A stretch of 64,000 nt of DNA from an uncultured delta proteobacterium (GCA_963815115.1 CAWFFN010000008.1:64001-128000); one strand, 5' to 3'. Counted from the stretch's first letter, positions 16,921 through 27,549 are shown. Notes: a model not told the origin generated them from the letters alone. Translations and numbers: made by a program.

Positions 16921-19005
16921 TCAGCTGGCCGCCGCATCTCCGGAACGCCGGGGCTCGATCCGGTAGAGCCGGACCCAGATGTCAGGCTCGTTCGAGCCGG
17001 GCTTCTTCACGTTGGTCGCGCCCGCCGGACCGGTGACGCCGGGGGCGGGCGGGATGAGGCTGGCATGGTAACGCGTCGGCCCCGACTCGAGCGCCTGCCG
17101 GAACTCCTCCGTCGCCCAGATCTCGCCAGCCGTGACGTGCGGCTCGATGCGGGCCGCCCGCCGCAGCGGCTCCCCGCCGACCACCATCATTCGCCCGTCC
17201 GGCCCCTCGCCGAGACGCACCGGGCCATGATCGAGGGCGATGCGCAGCTGCGGATTGCCGGGCGCCTCGAAGAGATCCTCGCTCATGCGCAGCGCGGCGT
17301 TGATCACCGCGTTGGGATCGTCGTGCGCGATCGTGACGGCGTCGCCCTCGCTGACCTCGTACCAGAGGCAATGCGCGGCGTGGTGCGCCACGGCCTTGCG
17401 CAGCGTCTCGCCCACAGCGTGGCCGGTGTCCGCCGATTCCATGAAGCGGCTGAACTCCTTGATGTCGGCCTTGAGGACGCACAGCGCGCGCTCCCGGGCG
17501 TCGCCGGTCTCGCCGTGCTCCCGCCACGGCCGCCCGTCGCCCACGACGTTCACCGGATCGATGTTGCGGGCGTACTCGGGGTTGAACTCCGCGACGAGCT
17601 CCGCGAGCACCGGGTGCACGAGGTAGTGCGATGACGACGGCAGATCGCTGCCGCGGTCGAGGGCCTCGTCACCCGGGCGCAGGAACCGCTGCACGCGGGT
17701 GCCGCTCACCAGGTCCTGGTGAATGCAGCCGAGCAGCCCGGCTCGGTACAGGATGCCGAAGACGTGCCCGTCGCTGCCGCCGGCGGCGGCGGTGACCGCC
17801 TCGTACTGCTCGCGGATCGCCTCGACCTGGTCGCCCGGCAGGATGTGGCGCGGCAGCATCGCGAACACGCGCACCAGGTCGACGTCGCCGATGTAGGGCG
17901 AGATCTCGTTGAGGTATTCCTCGGCGATCTCGGTGGCGGCCTGGTTCACGGCCACCTTCAGCCGTGCCTCGCTCCGCCGCTCCTCGGGGGGCAGGTCCGA
18001 GAGCTTCTGGCCGATCGTCATCAGGTCGCGCGGGCGCTGGAGCGTGTGCCGGTAGATGTAGTCGAAGACGTCCTCCTGCTCGCCGGTGTAGCTGTGGGTC
18101 ACCCAGTCGCGCCCCGCGAAGGCGGCGATGGGATCGCTCCGCAGCTGCGCCGGCATGCACAGGTTGCGCTCCTTCTCGCGGCGGATGTTGTTGACGAAGA
18201 TCTCGCGCAGGCTGGGTTTCGAGTAGCTCAGGTCGATCGCGCTGCCCCGGTATTGCTGCACCATCGACGTCTCGCCGGTGAACTTGGCGAATGCCTCCTT
18301 GCGCACCGATGCGAAGACCTTCAGGTGGTGGCTGACCCGTCGCAGCTCGTAGGCGACCTGCACCAGCCCCATCTGCGAGTAGTACCAGATGCTGGGCGAG
18401 ACCACTCCGGTGTCGCTGGCCCGCGACGACCGCGCCTTGATGTGCTTGTTGAAGTACTCGTCGACGCTGTCGATGAAGATCGCGACCGGCGCCGCGATGG
18501 TGCGGAGCCGCGGCACGAGCCGGTTGTTGGTGTCGTTGACGCACCGGAAGAGCTCGCTGCGCGGCAGGTCGAGGAGGTTCACGAAGTGGTCGATGACGCT
18601 GTGCAGGCTGCCGTCCTCCACGATCGCGTGCAGCCGGCCGCTGACCCGCAGGTCGTCCACCATGTCGAGTCGCTTCAGCGTCGCGGCCGCGATCGCCATC
18701 AACCAGACGTTCGACCACGCCTCCACGTTGCCGTAGAGCGCGACCATGTCGGAGCTGAAGATCTTGTCGCCGACGGGCTTGTCGAGCAGGCTGTCCTGCG
18801 GCAGGCACACGGCACGTTCCTGGAGGGCGACCCGCTTCGCCTTCAGCAGGAGGGTCTTGCCGAAGCCCTTGGTGGCGACGACGATGAACTTGTCGCTGCG
18901 CTGGGGGCTCAGAAAGGCGTCGATGCCGGGCGTCAGGTGCAGCTCGCGGGCGGTCAGGTCGTCGGCGACCTGAATGTCGTCGGCGTCCACCGTCCAGGCC
19001 CGCAT
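16921..19005 (-). CDS. P-loop ATPase (Sll1717/FunZ-like) fused to a C-terminal class III nucleotide cyclase domain
   Basis: ATKGFGKT Walker A, IFIDSVDE Walker B, RPRD; C-terminal LKADIKEFS, EGDAV, LRIALDHGPV, AARIE. Confidence 0.8.
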   Translation of the reverse strand: MRAWTVDADDIQVADDLTARELHLTPGIDAFLSPQRSDKFIVVATKGFGKTLLLKAKRVALQERAVCLPQDSLLDKPVGDKIFSSDMVALYGNVEAWSNVWLMAIAAATLKRLDMVDDLRVSGRLHAIVEDGSLHSVIDHFVNLLDLPRSELFRCVNDTNNRLVPRLRTIAAPVAIFIDSVDEYFNKHIKARSSRASDTGVVSPSIWYYSQMGLVQVAYELRRVSHHLKVFASVRKEAFAKFTGETSMVQQYRGSAIDLSYSKPSLREIFVNNIRREKERNLCMPAQLRSDPIAAFAGRDWVTHSYTGEQEDVFDYIYRHTLQRPRDLMTIGQKLSDLPPEERRSEARLKVAVNQAATEIAEEYLNEISPYIGDVDLVRVFAMLPRHILPGDQVEAIREQYEAVTAAAGGSDGHVFGILYRAGLLGCIHQDLVSGTRVQRFLRPGDEALDRGSDLPSSSHYLVHPVLAELVAEFNPEYARNIDPVNVVGDGRPWREHGETGDARERALCVLKADIKEFSRFMESADTGHAVGETLRKAVAHHAAHCLWYEVSEGDAVTIAHDDPNAVINAALRMSEDLFEAPGNPQLRIALDHGPVRLGEGPDGRMMVVGGEPLRRAARIEPHVTAGEIWATEEFRQALESGPTRYHASLIPPAPGVTGPAGATNVKKPGSNEPDIWVRLYRIEPRRSGDAAAS

Positions 19006-19151
19006 GGCCCTCTGCTTACGTCAGCCCCCCGCCGACTTCCACCGCCTGCCGGCGTCGACCAGGCCGCGCGCCAGCGCGTTGACTTGCGCCGGCGCGCGGG
19101 AGAAGCCGTGGCACGCCCCGCGCCGCCACGACCGGAGACGGGGCGCCGCGC

Positions 19152-21320
19152 ATGGAGACCCACAAGTCCTTCTGCCGATTCTGCCACGCGATCTGCGGCA
19201 TCGAGGTGGACGTCGAGGACGGCCGCGCCGTCGCCGTGCGCGGCGATCGCGACCACGCCATCTCGCGCGGCTATCTCTGTCCGAAGGGCCGGGCTCTCCT
19301 CGAGCAGCACGACCATCCCGGCCGCTTGCGCGGCAGCCGCCGTCGCCTGCCCGACGGCAGCTTCGGCGACATCTCCAGCGCGGCGGCGATGGACGAAGTC
19401 GCCGCCGGGCTCACCGCCATCCTCGCGCGCCACGGCCCGTCCGCGGTCGCCCTGTACTCCGGGACGCACGGGCTCTTCGGCAGCGGCAAGGCGCTCGCCA
19501 TCGCCTGGGTTCGGGCGATCGGTACGCCCTGGTACTTCACGCCCAACACCATCGATCAGCCCTCCCAGTCCACCGGCTGGGCGCGCCACGGCTCGTGGGA
19601 CGCCGGCGTGCAGCGCTTCGCCGACGCGGACGTCCTGCTGTTCGTCGGCAACAACCCCGGTGTGTCGGCGTTCTCGCGCGAAGGCGGCCCACCCTACGCC
19701 GACGGATTCCGGTATCTCCGCGAGGCGCGGGAGCGCGGCACGCGCATCGTCGCGATCGACCCGCGCCGCACCGAGCTGACCCGCATCGCGGACGTTCACC
19801 TGCAGGTGAAGCCGGGCGAGGACCCGACGTTGCTCGCCGGCATGGTGCGCCTGGTGCTCGAGGAAGAGCTGCACGACCGCGCCTTCGTCGCGGCGCACGT
19901 CGGCGGCGTGCAGACGCTGCGCGACGCGGTCGCGCGGTTCACGCCCGACTACGTCGAGCGGCGCACGGGCGTTCCCCGGACCCGCATGCAGGCTGCCGCG
20001 CGGCTCTTCGCCGCGGGTCCGCGCGGCACGGCGATGACCTGCACCGGCGTCAACATGGCGCCGCGGCCCGACGTCACCCAGCACCTCGTGATCGCGCTCA
20101 ACAGCCTCTGCGGCCGCTTCCGGCGGGCCGGCCAGGTCATCACTAACCCGGGGGTCCTGAATCCGCCCCGGCCGCGCCATGCCGACGTGGAGCCGCCGCG
20201 GGCGCTCTGGGGATCCGGCATGCGCTCGCGCTTCCGCGGCCTCGGCCGGTTCATGGACGAGATGCCCATCAACGTGTTCGCCGACGAGGTCCTGACGCCG
20301 GGCGAGGGGCAGATCAGGGCGCTCGTGTGCGTCGGGGGCAATCCCGCCGTCGCCTTCCCCGATCAGCGCAGGGTGCTGGCGGCGCTGCGCGCGCTCGAGC
20401 TCTCGGTCGTCCTCGACGTCAAGGCGACGGCGACGGCCGCCCTCGCCCATTACGTCATCGGCTGCAAGCTCTCGCTCGAGAAGCCGGGAACGTCGCGCAC
20501 GGCGGAGATCCAGCTCGACGTGCCGTTCGCGCAGTACACGCCGGCGCTCGTCCATCCCGCCTTCGACGTGATCGAGGAGTGGGAGTTCTTCTGGGGTCTG
20601 GCGCACCGGATGCGAACCCCGCTGCGGCTCGACTCGGGCGCCGAGCTGGACATCGACCGCAAGCCCACCAGCGACGACTACCTCGACCTCCTCCACGCCA
20701 CCGCGCGCGTCCCGCTCGACGAGGTGCGCCGCCACCCGGACGGGCGCGTGTTCGAGCCGGCCGAGACCGTGCGCGTGCTGCCCGGACGCCCCGAGCGCGC
20801 GACCGCGCGCATGGACGCGGCGCCTCCCGCAGTCGTCGAGCAGCTGCACGCGATCGCCGCGGAACCCTTTTCCGCCGCCGGCGGCTACCGCGGCGACGAC
20901 CGCTTCAGCCACCGCCTGATCAGTCGCCGCATGTACGACGTCTACAATTCGACGGGCGACCACCTGCCCCGCCTGCGCCGGCGATTTGCCTACAACCCGG
21001 CCTTCATGCACCCGCACGACCTGGAGCGCATCGGCGTGGCGCCGGGCGAGCCGGTGCGCATCGACTCCGACCACGACTTCATCTACGGCGTCGCCGAGGC
21101 GTCGAACGACGTGCGCCCCGGCGTGATCTCGCTGGCGCACGCGCGGGGCGACGCGCCCGAGCGCGACGGCGAGCTGCGCCGCATCGGCAGCACCACCGGT
21201 CGGCTGGTGAGCGTCGAGCGGGACTTCGAGCCGCTCTCGGGCATTCCGCGGCAGAGCGCGATCCCGGTGAACGTGCGGGCGCTCACGCCCGCGGAGCGGG
21301 CGTCCATCGCCACCGCCTGA
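19152..21320 (+). CDS. Molybdopterin-dependent oxidoreductase (DMSO reductase superfamily)
   Basis: CRFCHAICG...CPKG Fe-S motif; GNNP, IDPRRTE; C-terminal MHPHDL. Confidence 0.9.
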   Translation: METHKSFCRFCHAICGIEVDVEDGRAVAVRGDRDHAISRGYLCPKGRALLEQHDHPGRLRGSRRRLPDGSFGDISSAAAMDEVAAGLTAILARHGPSAVALYSGTHGLFGSGKALAIAWVRAIGTPWYFTPNTIDQPSQSTGWARHGSWDAGVQRFADADVLLFVGNNPGVSAFSREGGPPYADGFRYLREARERGTRIVAIDPRRTELTRIADVHLQVKPGEDPTLLAGMVRLVLEEELHDRAFVAAHVGGVQTLRDAVARFTPDYVERRTGVPRTRMQAAARLFAAGPRGTAMTCTGVNMAPRPDVTQHLVIALNSLCGRFRRAGQVITNPGVLNPPRPRHADVEPPRALWGSGMRSRFRGLGRFMDEMPINVFADEVLTPGEGQIRALVCVGGNPAVAFPDQRRVLAALRALELSVVLDVKATATAALAHYVIGCKLSLEKPGTSRTAEIQLDVPFAQYTPALVHPAFDVIEEWEFFWGLAHRMRTPLRLDSGAELDIDRKPTSDDYLDLLHATARVPLDEVRRHPDGRVFEPAETVRVLPGRPERATARMDAAPPAVVEQLHAIAAEPFSAAGGYRGDDRFSHRLISRRMYDVYNSTGDHLPRLRRRFAYNPAFMHPHDLERIGVAPGEPVRIDSDHDFIYGVAEASNDVRPGVISLAHARGDAPERDGELRRIGSTTGRLVSVERDFEPLSGIPRQSAIPVNVRALTPAERASIATA

Positions 21321-21328
21321 GCGCGCCG

Positions 21329-22381
21329 CTACTGCGGGCGCAGCATCCCGATCGCGTGGTGCGCGGCCGCCGCGTAGGCAGGCGACGGATCGATCGCGTC
21401 CTCGCGCAGACACGCCTCGGTGAACTTGATGGCGTGCTCGTCGCCGTTCGCGATGGCCATGTCGATCAGGGTCTCGCGGGACCTGGCAGGCGGCTCGATC
21501 TCGCCGGCCGCCGGCGCGGCGCTGCCGAACGCCGCATAGAGGGCGCTGCTCGACTGCCACGCGTGGCGCAGCACGTCGCGCGTCGTGACCTCGGAGAGGT
21601 GCGGCACGATCGACCGCAGCGCCGCCACGCTGGTGACGCCGTGAATGAAGACGATCGTGCCGAGCACATCGCGCGCGTTGGCGAGGTACACGCGGGCGAA
21701 GGTCTCGGTCATGTCGGAGAGCACGCGGCCCGGCGCGCGCTCGACGTCCAGCAATCCGATCACCGGCGCGAACTCCGGGACCTCGTCGAGCGCGACCAGG
21801 GACGACACGATCGTCCCGCTGAACTTGCGCCGCGCGGGAGGAACGACGGGCACGCGTGCGATGGCCTCGCGCGCGGGAGCGGGCCTGGCGGATCCGTCCG
21901 GCGCGGTCGGGAGGACCTGGTACGCTGCCGCCCAGTAGGCCAGGCCGTCGCCGAGCTCGCGGATGCGTGCCGGCGTCTCGGCATCGTCGAGGCTGCGGGC
22001 GGCGTGCCCCACCCGGATCACGCCGTGCGTCGCCGAAGCGCAGATGCCCGGCGCCAGGCGCGCGGCCCAGCGGGCCAGGACCGAGCGCCAGGGCGCCTCC
22101 TCCAGCTCGGCGGCGAAGAACGCGTTCCAGTCGCCGACCCGATCCTCCCGGCCCAGCGCGGCCCGCCAGTCGTCGCGCCCGATGCGCTCGTGCCCGACCG
22201 GCCGCGGCAGGATGCCCTTCACGTACCCCTCGAGCCACGGCATCACCGAGTCGGCGCGCCCCAGCGCGGCCAGCGCCTCGACCGCCATCGGCGCATGGCT
22301 GGTCATCCCGTTGCGCAGGTCCGGGCCGCAGGCAGCGAGCGCCGCCAGCGCCGGCTCCATCATCGAATAGTCCTTCGTCAT
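21329..22381 (-). CDS. Questin oxidase-like (DUF4243) protein
   Basis: SHAPMAVEAL, THGVIRVGHA, LAYWAA, IHGVT, DEHAIKFTEAC. Confidence 0.75.
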   Translation of the reverse strand: MTKDYSMMEPALAALAACGPDLRNGMTSHAPMAVEALAALGRADSVMPWLEGYVKGILPRPVGHERIGRDDWRAALGREDRVGDWNAFFAAELEEAPWRSVLARWAARLAPGICASATHGVIRVGHAARSLDDAETPARIRELGDGLAYWAAAYQVLPTAPDGSARPAPAREAIARVPVVPPARRKFSGTIVSSLVALDEVPEFAPVIGLLDVERAPGRVLSDMTETFARVYLANARDVLGTIVFIHGVTSVAALRSIVPHLSEVTTRDVLRHAWQSSSALYAAFGSAAPAAGEIEPPARSRETLIDMAIANGDEHAIKFTEACLREDAIDPSPAYAAAAHHAIGMLRPQ

Positions 22382-22442
22382 CGCTGGAACAGGCGATACG
22401 CCACGCCGCCAGCTGAGCCAATCGTCGGGCCGCCGCCGCTGC

Positions 22443-22952
22443 TCAGGTGGCCGCCCGTGACGGCGTGGCGCCGGGCGGGACGTGCCCGGCGGCGAGACGC
22501 CGGCCGCCGCGCGTGAGGAGCCAGTCGAGCGACAGGGGGCCAGGCCCGTCCGTGGCGAGCCACACGAGGAGCGCGATGTAGGCGAACTCGGTGAGCCCGA
22601 CGAGGCTCGAGATGCCATCGACCTGATCCCACAGCGCGGTGCGGATCGCGACGCACATGGTGATGATCAGCGGCAGCGCGGCGAAGCGCGTCGCGAGGCC
22701 GAGAAGGAGCAGGCCGCCGCACACGAACTCGGCCGTCGAGGCCAGGCGCGCCTGGAAGGCTGCCGCTGGCAGGCCGAGCTCGGTGAAGTAGTCGGTGACC
22801 TTCGCCAGGTCGTGGAGCTTCGCCCAGCCCGACTGGAAGAACACCAGGCCGACCGTGAGCCGGGCGATGGCGGGCGCGAGCCAGCCGAGCGCGTTGCCGA
22901 TGCGGGCCGCGAGCGTCGCGGCGGCGGTCACCAGTGCAAGTACTCGATTCAT
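22443..22952 (-). CDS. DoxX family membrane protein
   Basis: RLTVGLVFFQSGWAKL, EFVCGGLLLLGLATR, GPGPLSLD. Confidence 0.9.
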   Translation of the reverse strand: MNRVLALVTAAATLAARIGNALGWLAPAIARLTVGLVFFQSGWAKLHDLAKVTDYFTELGLPAAAFQARLASTAEFVCGGLLLLGLATRFAALPLIITMCVAIRTALWDQVDGISSLVGLTEFAYIALLVWLATDGPGPLSLDWLLTRGGRRLAAGHVPPGATPSRAAT

Positions 22953-23090
22953 CCTGCCCCCTCGGGGCGCCGGCCTGGCGCCGGCGGGTCGGTCGTTCCA
23001 GGCTTGGATGCCACGAGGACGGCCAACGGTACGGGAGCGCCGGCCGCTGCGCCGGTGCCGCGACCCTCGTGCGATTGAGGCCGCATCGCC

Positions 23091-23610
23091 ATGGGAGTAG
23101 GCGTCACCTTCACGAATCCCTACCAGCCGTTCCAGCCTGGAGCCGTCAAGGTCTTCCGCGGCCGCAAGAGCGGGGCGCCGAGCGTCATCGTCGACCTCTA
23201 CCTCACCGGCACGCGCACCTTCCGCGTCGGCACCGCGGACGTGCCGACCCGCATCCTCCAGGAGACCGAGTTCGAGGACGGCGATGTGGCGGAGATATCG
23301 GGCGATCCGGCGGACGCTGGCAACGCGGCGCTGCCTGCCGTCTTCATGCCCGAGAACCCGCAGGTCGGCAGCACGTTCAAGCCCGAGGACCTGTTCCCGA
23401 TCGTGGACGAGACGGACGAGGTGAAGGCGGTCGGCCTCCGCGTCGGCGTCCCGGCGGGGCGCTTCGCCGGCTCGATCCGGGTCGTCGAGACGACGCGGCT
23501 GGGGGACAAGCCCGAGACGAAAATGGTACGGCGCCGGCGTGGGCGTCGTGAAGGGCAAGACGCAAGGCGAGTCGTTCGCCCTGGTCTCCTCGACGATTCG
23601 CCCGCATTAG
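23091..23610 (+). pseudogene. Remnant of a secreted beta-rich protein, frameshifted near 23522
   Basis: TNPYQPFQPG...VPAGRF...ETK, then WYGAGVGVVK in another frame; no signal peptide. Confidence 0.55.
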
Positions 23611-23914
23611 GCAGGCATCGAGGAAGGGGAGCACGCGGTCGAGCCGACCCGGCTCGCCCGCACCCCCGCCCTGCCCGAAGCCATCGCCCCCCAAGTTGAC
23701 CGAGGCCGCCATGACGCGCCGGCAGTTTGCCGGCTCGAAAGATTGCAGGAACGATAAATCTCCCTTGCCAAGTGAATCCCAGGAGAGGTATGGAGCCATC
23801 CTGAGTGGGATCGCGCCGTTCATCTGGGAAGCGTAGGTTCATGCCCCCTATCTTCCCGTGGGTATTCAGCTTGTCCGCTCATCCACCAACACATCCCACT
23901 CGGAGGAGAATGAA

Positions 23915-24913
23915 ATGGGAGCACGAAGGTGTCGGCTTGGTACCGGGCTGGGTCTGGTTCCCCTCTTGGTCGCTCTGGCGGTTGCCGGCCCGGTGATCGC
24001 CCAGGACGGGGGCGACCCCCAGTCCTTCCGGGCGCAGTATGACGCAATGATGTCGAATTTCGAGCGTATCTTCGCAGCACGGGGTGACGTCGCGGGTCAG
24101 GAGCGGGCTCAGCAGGGGCTCGAAGCCATGCAGGGTCTTTCGGATCAGCAGTTGGCCGCCCTGGTCGCGAAGACTGGCGTGATGGACCTTTCGGAAGCGG
24201 TGCTCGCGACCGAGTCTCTCGCCGCCCGCATGGAGTCGGAGGCGCCTCCGGCGAACCGATTGGAGCCGAGGTCACTCCCCCTTCCCGAACCAATCGCCCT
24301 CATCAGCCAGTGCAGCACGGACGATGTTGACGTCAACGTGCGGTACACACGGCTCATTGCGAAGGAGGTGACGTCATCGATTCTGGCCGCGGCGACGTTT
24401 GTCTGCACGCAGGACATTCTCGGTGAAAACGGCTCGGCCGCCTGCATTCCCCTCGCCATCGCGGCCGATATCGCGAACGGGTTCTTCGACCAAGGGGTAT
24501 TTTGCGCGGGAGAGGTGACCGCGAACCAGGTAGACGCCAACTTCAGACGACTCGAGCACATACACACTGATCTCGCGGACGGCATTACCCTCCTCGGAGG
24601 CAAGATCGATGCGCTGGCGGGACAAGTCGACATGATGAAGCGCGCGATGATCGAGGAGCAGCTCAACACCTCGTCCGGCAGCCGCTTCGCGTCCTATTTC
24701 CTGCCGGCGGCGAACGGCGGGATGCTCGAGGCCGTCCGCAGCCTGGTCGGGGGCTTCGTCGCCACCTTCAAGGCGGCCGGCTACGACACCAGCGGCGCTG
24801 AGCGCGCGCTCGCCAAAGCCGACGCCGCCTTCGCCGCCGGGGATTTCCGGGGGTCCTTCGAGAGCCTGCGCCAGGCGTACCGCGTCGCAACCGTGAAGGC
24901 ACGGCAGCCGTAG
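23915..24913 (+). CDS. Secreted helical hypothetical protein
   Basis: RBS GGAGGAG, signal peptide, long ORF; no family recognised. Confidence 0.75.
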   Translation: MGARRCRLGTGLGLVPLLVALAVAGPVIAQDGGDPQSFRAQYDAMMSNFERIFAARGDVAGQERAQQGLEAMQGLSDQQLAALVAKTGVMDLSEAVLATESLAARMESEAPPANRLEPRSLPLPEPIALISQCSTDDVDVNVRYTRLIAKEVTSSILAAATFVCTQDILGENGSAACIPLAIAADIANGFFDQGVFCAGEVTANQVDANFRRLEHIHTDLADGITLLGGKIDALAGQVDMMKRAMIEEQLNTSSGSRFASYFLPAANGGMLEAVRSLVGGFVATFKAAGYDTSGAERALAKADAAFAAGDFRGSFESLRQAYRVATVKARQP

Positions 24914-24924
24914 TACGCGTGGCC

Positions 24925-24964
24925 GGATCGGGGACGGCGCGCACGGGTCCGCCGTCCCCGATCC
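24925..24964. terminator. Perfect 15-bp stem hairpin between convergent genes
   Basis: GGATCGGGGACGGCG-N10-CGCCGTCCCCGATCC; no U-tract. Confidence 0.55.
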
Positions 24965-25015
24965 CGTGCGCTGCGAGGCCGCCGGACGTGCGTGCGGAAT
25001 TCCGACTCACGGCCA

Positions 25016-26401
25016 TCAGCGCTCGGCGAGCACGTACGCCAGCAACGCCACCGCCGCCGCATTCCGCCGGAGATCTTCCGGTCTGATCTTGTCGAGCGTG
25101 TCCGCCTCGGTGTGGTGGATGTCGAAGTAGTGATGGCCGTCCGGCTCGAGGTCGAAGGGCATGGCGCCGGTGTCGACGATCGGCTTCACGTCGGCCCCGA
25201 AGGCGTGGGGCCGAAAGAGGCGGATGCCGAAGCGCTGGAACTCGGGCAGCAGCGGCGCCATCGTGCGCGCCATGTCCTCGCTGCCGACGCCGATCGCATC
25301 CGGGGCGGCCATGCCGAAATCCGATTCGAAGGCGGCGACGTGATGCTCCTCGCCGTGCGCCCGGCGATAGGCCTCCGCGCCGGCGAGGGTGTACTCCTCG
25401 CTGGTGAACAGCACCACCCGGATCGTTCGCCGCGGCGTCAGGCCGGACTGCCGGAGCAGGCGCACCGCCTCCATCACCGCCACACATCCCGCCCCGTCGT
25501 CCGACGCGCCGGTGCCCACGTCCCAGGAATCGATGTGCGCGCCGAGCAGCACGATCTCCTCGGGGCGCTCCCGACCGCGCAGCTCGCCGACGACGTTCGC
25601 GCTGGGCGCGTCCGGGAGCATGCGCGCTCCCAGGAAGAGCTCGACCTCGACCGGACCGCCGCGCGCCAGCCGCGCCAGCAGGTCGGCGTCCTCGATCGAG
25701 ATGGCGGCCGCGGGGATCTTGCGCACGCCCTCGTCGTAGCGCAGCGCGCCGGTGTGCGGCGTGCGCAGGCTCACGGCCGTCACCGAGCGCACCAGGGCCG
25801 CCACGGCGCCACGCCGGGCAGCCTCCGAGGCGCCATGGAGCCGCGCCTGGACGCCCTCGCCGTAGCCGGGGTCGGCCCGCTGCTCGTCGTAGGGCGGCAT
25901 GCGGTGGTTGATGAAGGCGATCATCCCGTCGAGCGGGGCGCTGCTCGAGCGCAGGTCGTCGAGACTCTCGAACCACGCGATCGGCGCCCGGATCGTGCCG
26001 CGCGTTCCCACGCTGCCGCCGAGGCCGAGCAGCGCCATCGGCCGGTCCACCGGTCGCACGATGCGGGCACGCTCCGTGCCGCGGACCCAGTGCGGCACGG
26101 CCACCGGCTCGAGGCGGACGTCGTCGAGGCCGTCGTCACGCATCCGCCCGGCCGCCCACGCGAGGGCTCCGGTCAGCTGCGTCGATCCCGTGATCCGGGC
26201 GCCGTAGCCGTCGGCCAGCTCCGTGAGCCGCTGCCAGCCGACGTCGGAGGAGCGGGCAGACGTCTCGGCGATGCGCCCGGCCGCGTCCCGGACCCCGGAG
26301 AGCAGCGCCGGATCGATCGCCGTGGCGGAGCCGGCCGGGGCATGGTGGACGCACGCCGGCAGCAGGACCGACAGGGCGAGCGTGCCCAGGCGCGCGCTCA
26401 C
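25016..26401 (-). CDS. M28 family metallopeptidase (carboxypeptidase Q-like), probable lipoprotein
   Basis: LPAC lipobox, PHTG, GAHIDSWD, ASDDGAG, SEE, YFDIHHT. Confidence 0.88.
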   Translation of the reverse strand: MSARLGTLALSVLLPACVHHAPAGSATAIDPALLSGVRDAAGRIAETSARSSDVGWQRLTELADGYGARITGSTQLTGALAWAAGRMRDDGLDDVRLEPVAVPHWVRGTERARIVRPVDRPMALLGLGGSVGTRGTIRAPIAWFESLDDLRSSSAPLDGMIAFINHRMPPYDEQRADPGYGEGVQARLHGASEAARRGAVAALVRSVTAVSLRTPHTGALRYDEGVRKIPAAAISIEDADLLARLARGGPVEVELFLGARMLPDAPSANVVGELRGRERPEEIVLLGAHIDSWDVGTGASDDGAGCVAVMEAVRLLRQSGLTPRRTIRVVLFTSEEYTLAGAEAYRRAHGEEHHVAAFESDFGMAAPDAIGVGSEDMARTMAPLLPEFQRFGIRLFRPHAFGADVKPIVDTGAMPFDLEPDGHHYFDIHHTEADTLDKIRPEDLRRNAAAVALLAYVLAER

Positions 26402-27549
26402 AGGTAGCTCAGCCACGTCGCATCGCTCCGGCGTTTCACCGCCGCGAACCACCGGCACGCCGGGTAGAGCGCCAGCACGACGGCGGCCCACACCGCGTAG
26501 ACGGCCGGCAAGGAGTAGCCGAGTCCCCCGCTGGTCACGAAGTGACCGATCGCGGCGACGGCGCCCAGGGCGGGCCAGGCAAGGGCGATCGCCACGGCGT
26601 GGATCACGAAGATGTGCGCGATGTAGTAGAAGAGCGGCACCCGGCCGTAGACCGCCACGCGCGAGGCCCAGGGTCCCAGCGGCCGATCCATCCACGCCAG
26701 CAGGCAGAGAGCGGGACCGATCGTCATGGCGAGGAACAGGAGCGACGGCGGGTACTTCTCGCAGTCGAGGAAGGACAGCACCGCCCGCGTCGGCCCGCTC
26801 CCGGCGGTCCACGCGTGCGGGTCGCCGTAGAGATTCGTCGCGCGGAGCAGGACGAAGCCGACGCTCAGCAGCGCGCCCGCAGCGAGGAATCTCGAGCGCC
26901 GCTGCTCGCGCGGCAGGAGCGCCCACGGTCCGATGACGTAGCCGGCGGCCATCACCGCGACCCACGGCACCAGCGGGTAGAGGACGATCCAGGTCGCGCC
27001 GCCGAAGGGCGCGAGCCTGCCCTCCTCGTGCAGCAGGAGCCAGAGCCAGCGCAGCGAGCCGAGCTGCTCTGCCTGCACGACGTCGAGGAGGTTGTGTCCC
27101 ACGATGAGCGTGACCGCGAACGCGGCGATGGCGGGGCGCGGGAGCCACACCAGCCCGGCCAGGACGACCATCGACGCCCCGATCGCCCAGATCACCTGCA
27201 GCACCAGGATCTCGGGGCCGATGTACGCCATCCAGACGGCGCGGATGACGGTGACCTCGAGGAACGCGAGCCAGAGGCCGCGCGTGAAGAGGTAGCCCGA
27301 CAGGGCGCGCGTCGACGCCAGCCGCCGGCCGTGCAGGTACGCCGCGACGCCGGCCAGCAGCACGAAGACCGGCGCGCAGAAGTGGGTGATCCAGCGCGTG
27401 AAGAAGAGCGCCGGCGCGGCGGTGCGGAGGTCGACCGCGGGACCGACGAACATGCGCGTGTGATCGAGTGCCATCAGGATCATCACCACGCCCCGCAGCC
27501 AGTCGATGGCCTGGTTTCGCGCGGGGCGGGGATCGTCCACGGCGCCCAC
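26398..27549 (-). CDS. DUF1624 / HGSNAT-like membrane acyltransferase
   Basis: IDWLRGVVMILMALDHTR, TRWITHFCAP, KYPPSL. Confidence 0.88.
   Translation of the reverse strand: MGAVDDPRPARNQAIDWLRGVVMILMALDHTRMFVGPAVDLRTAAPALFFTRWITHFCAPVFVLLAGVAAYLHGRRLASTRALSGYLFTRGLWLAFLEVTVIRAVWMAYIGPEILVLQVIWAIGASMVVLAGLVWLPRPAIAAFAVTLIVGHNLLDVVQAEQLGSLRWLWLLLHEEGRLAPFGGATWIVLYPLVPWVAVMAAGYVIGPWALLPREQRRSRFLAAGALLSVGFVLLRATNLYGDPHAWTAGSGPTRAVLSFLDCEKYPPSLLFLAMTIGPALCLLAWMDRPLGPWASRVAVYGRVPLFYYIAHIFVIHAVAIALAWPALGAVAAIGHFVTSGGLGYSLPAVYAVWAAVVLALYPACRWFAAVKRRSDATWLSYL

Noticed and set aside
22443-22952. DoxX as part of a DUF692/bufferin-type RiPP cluster
   Set aside because: No DUF692, DUF2063 or Cys-containing precursor gene nearby.
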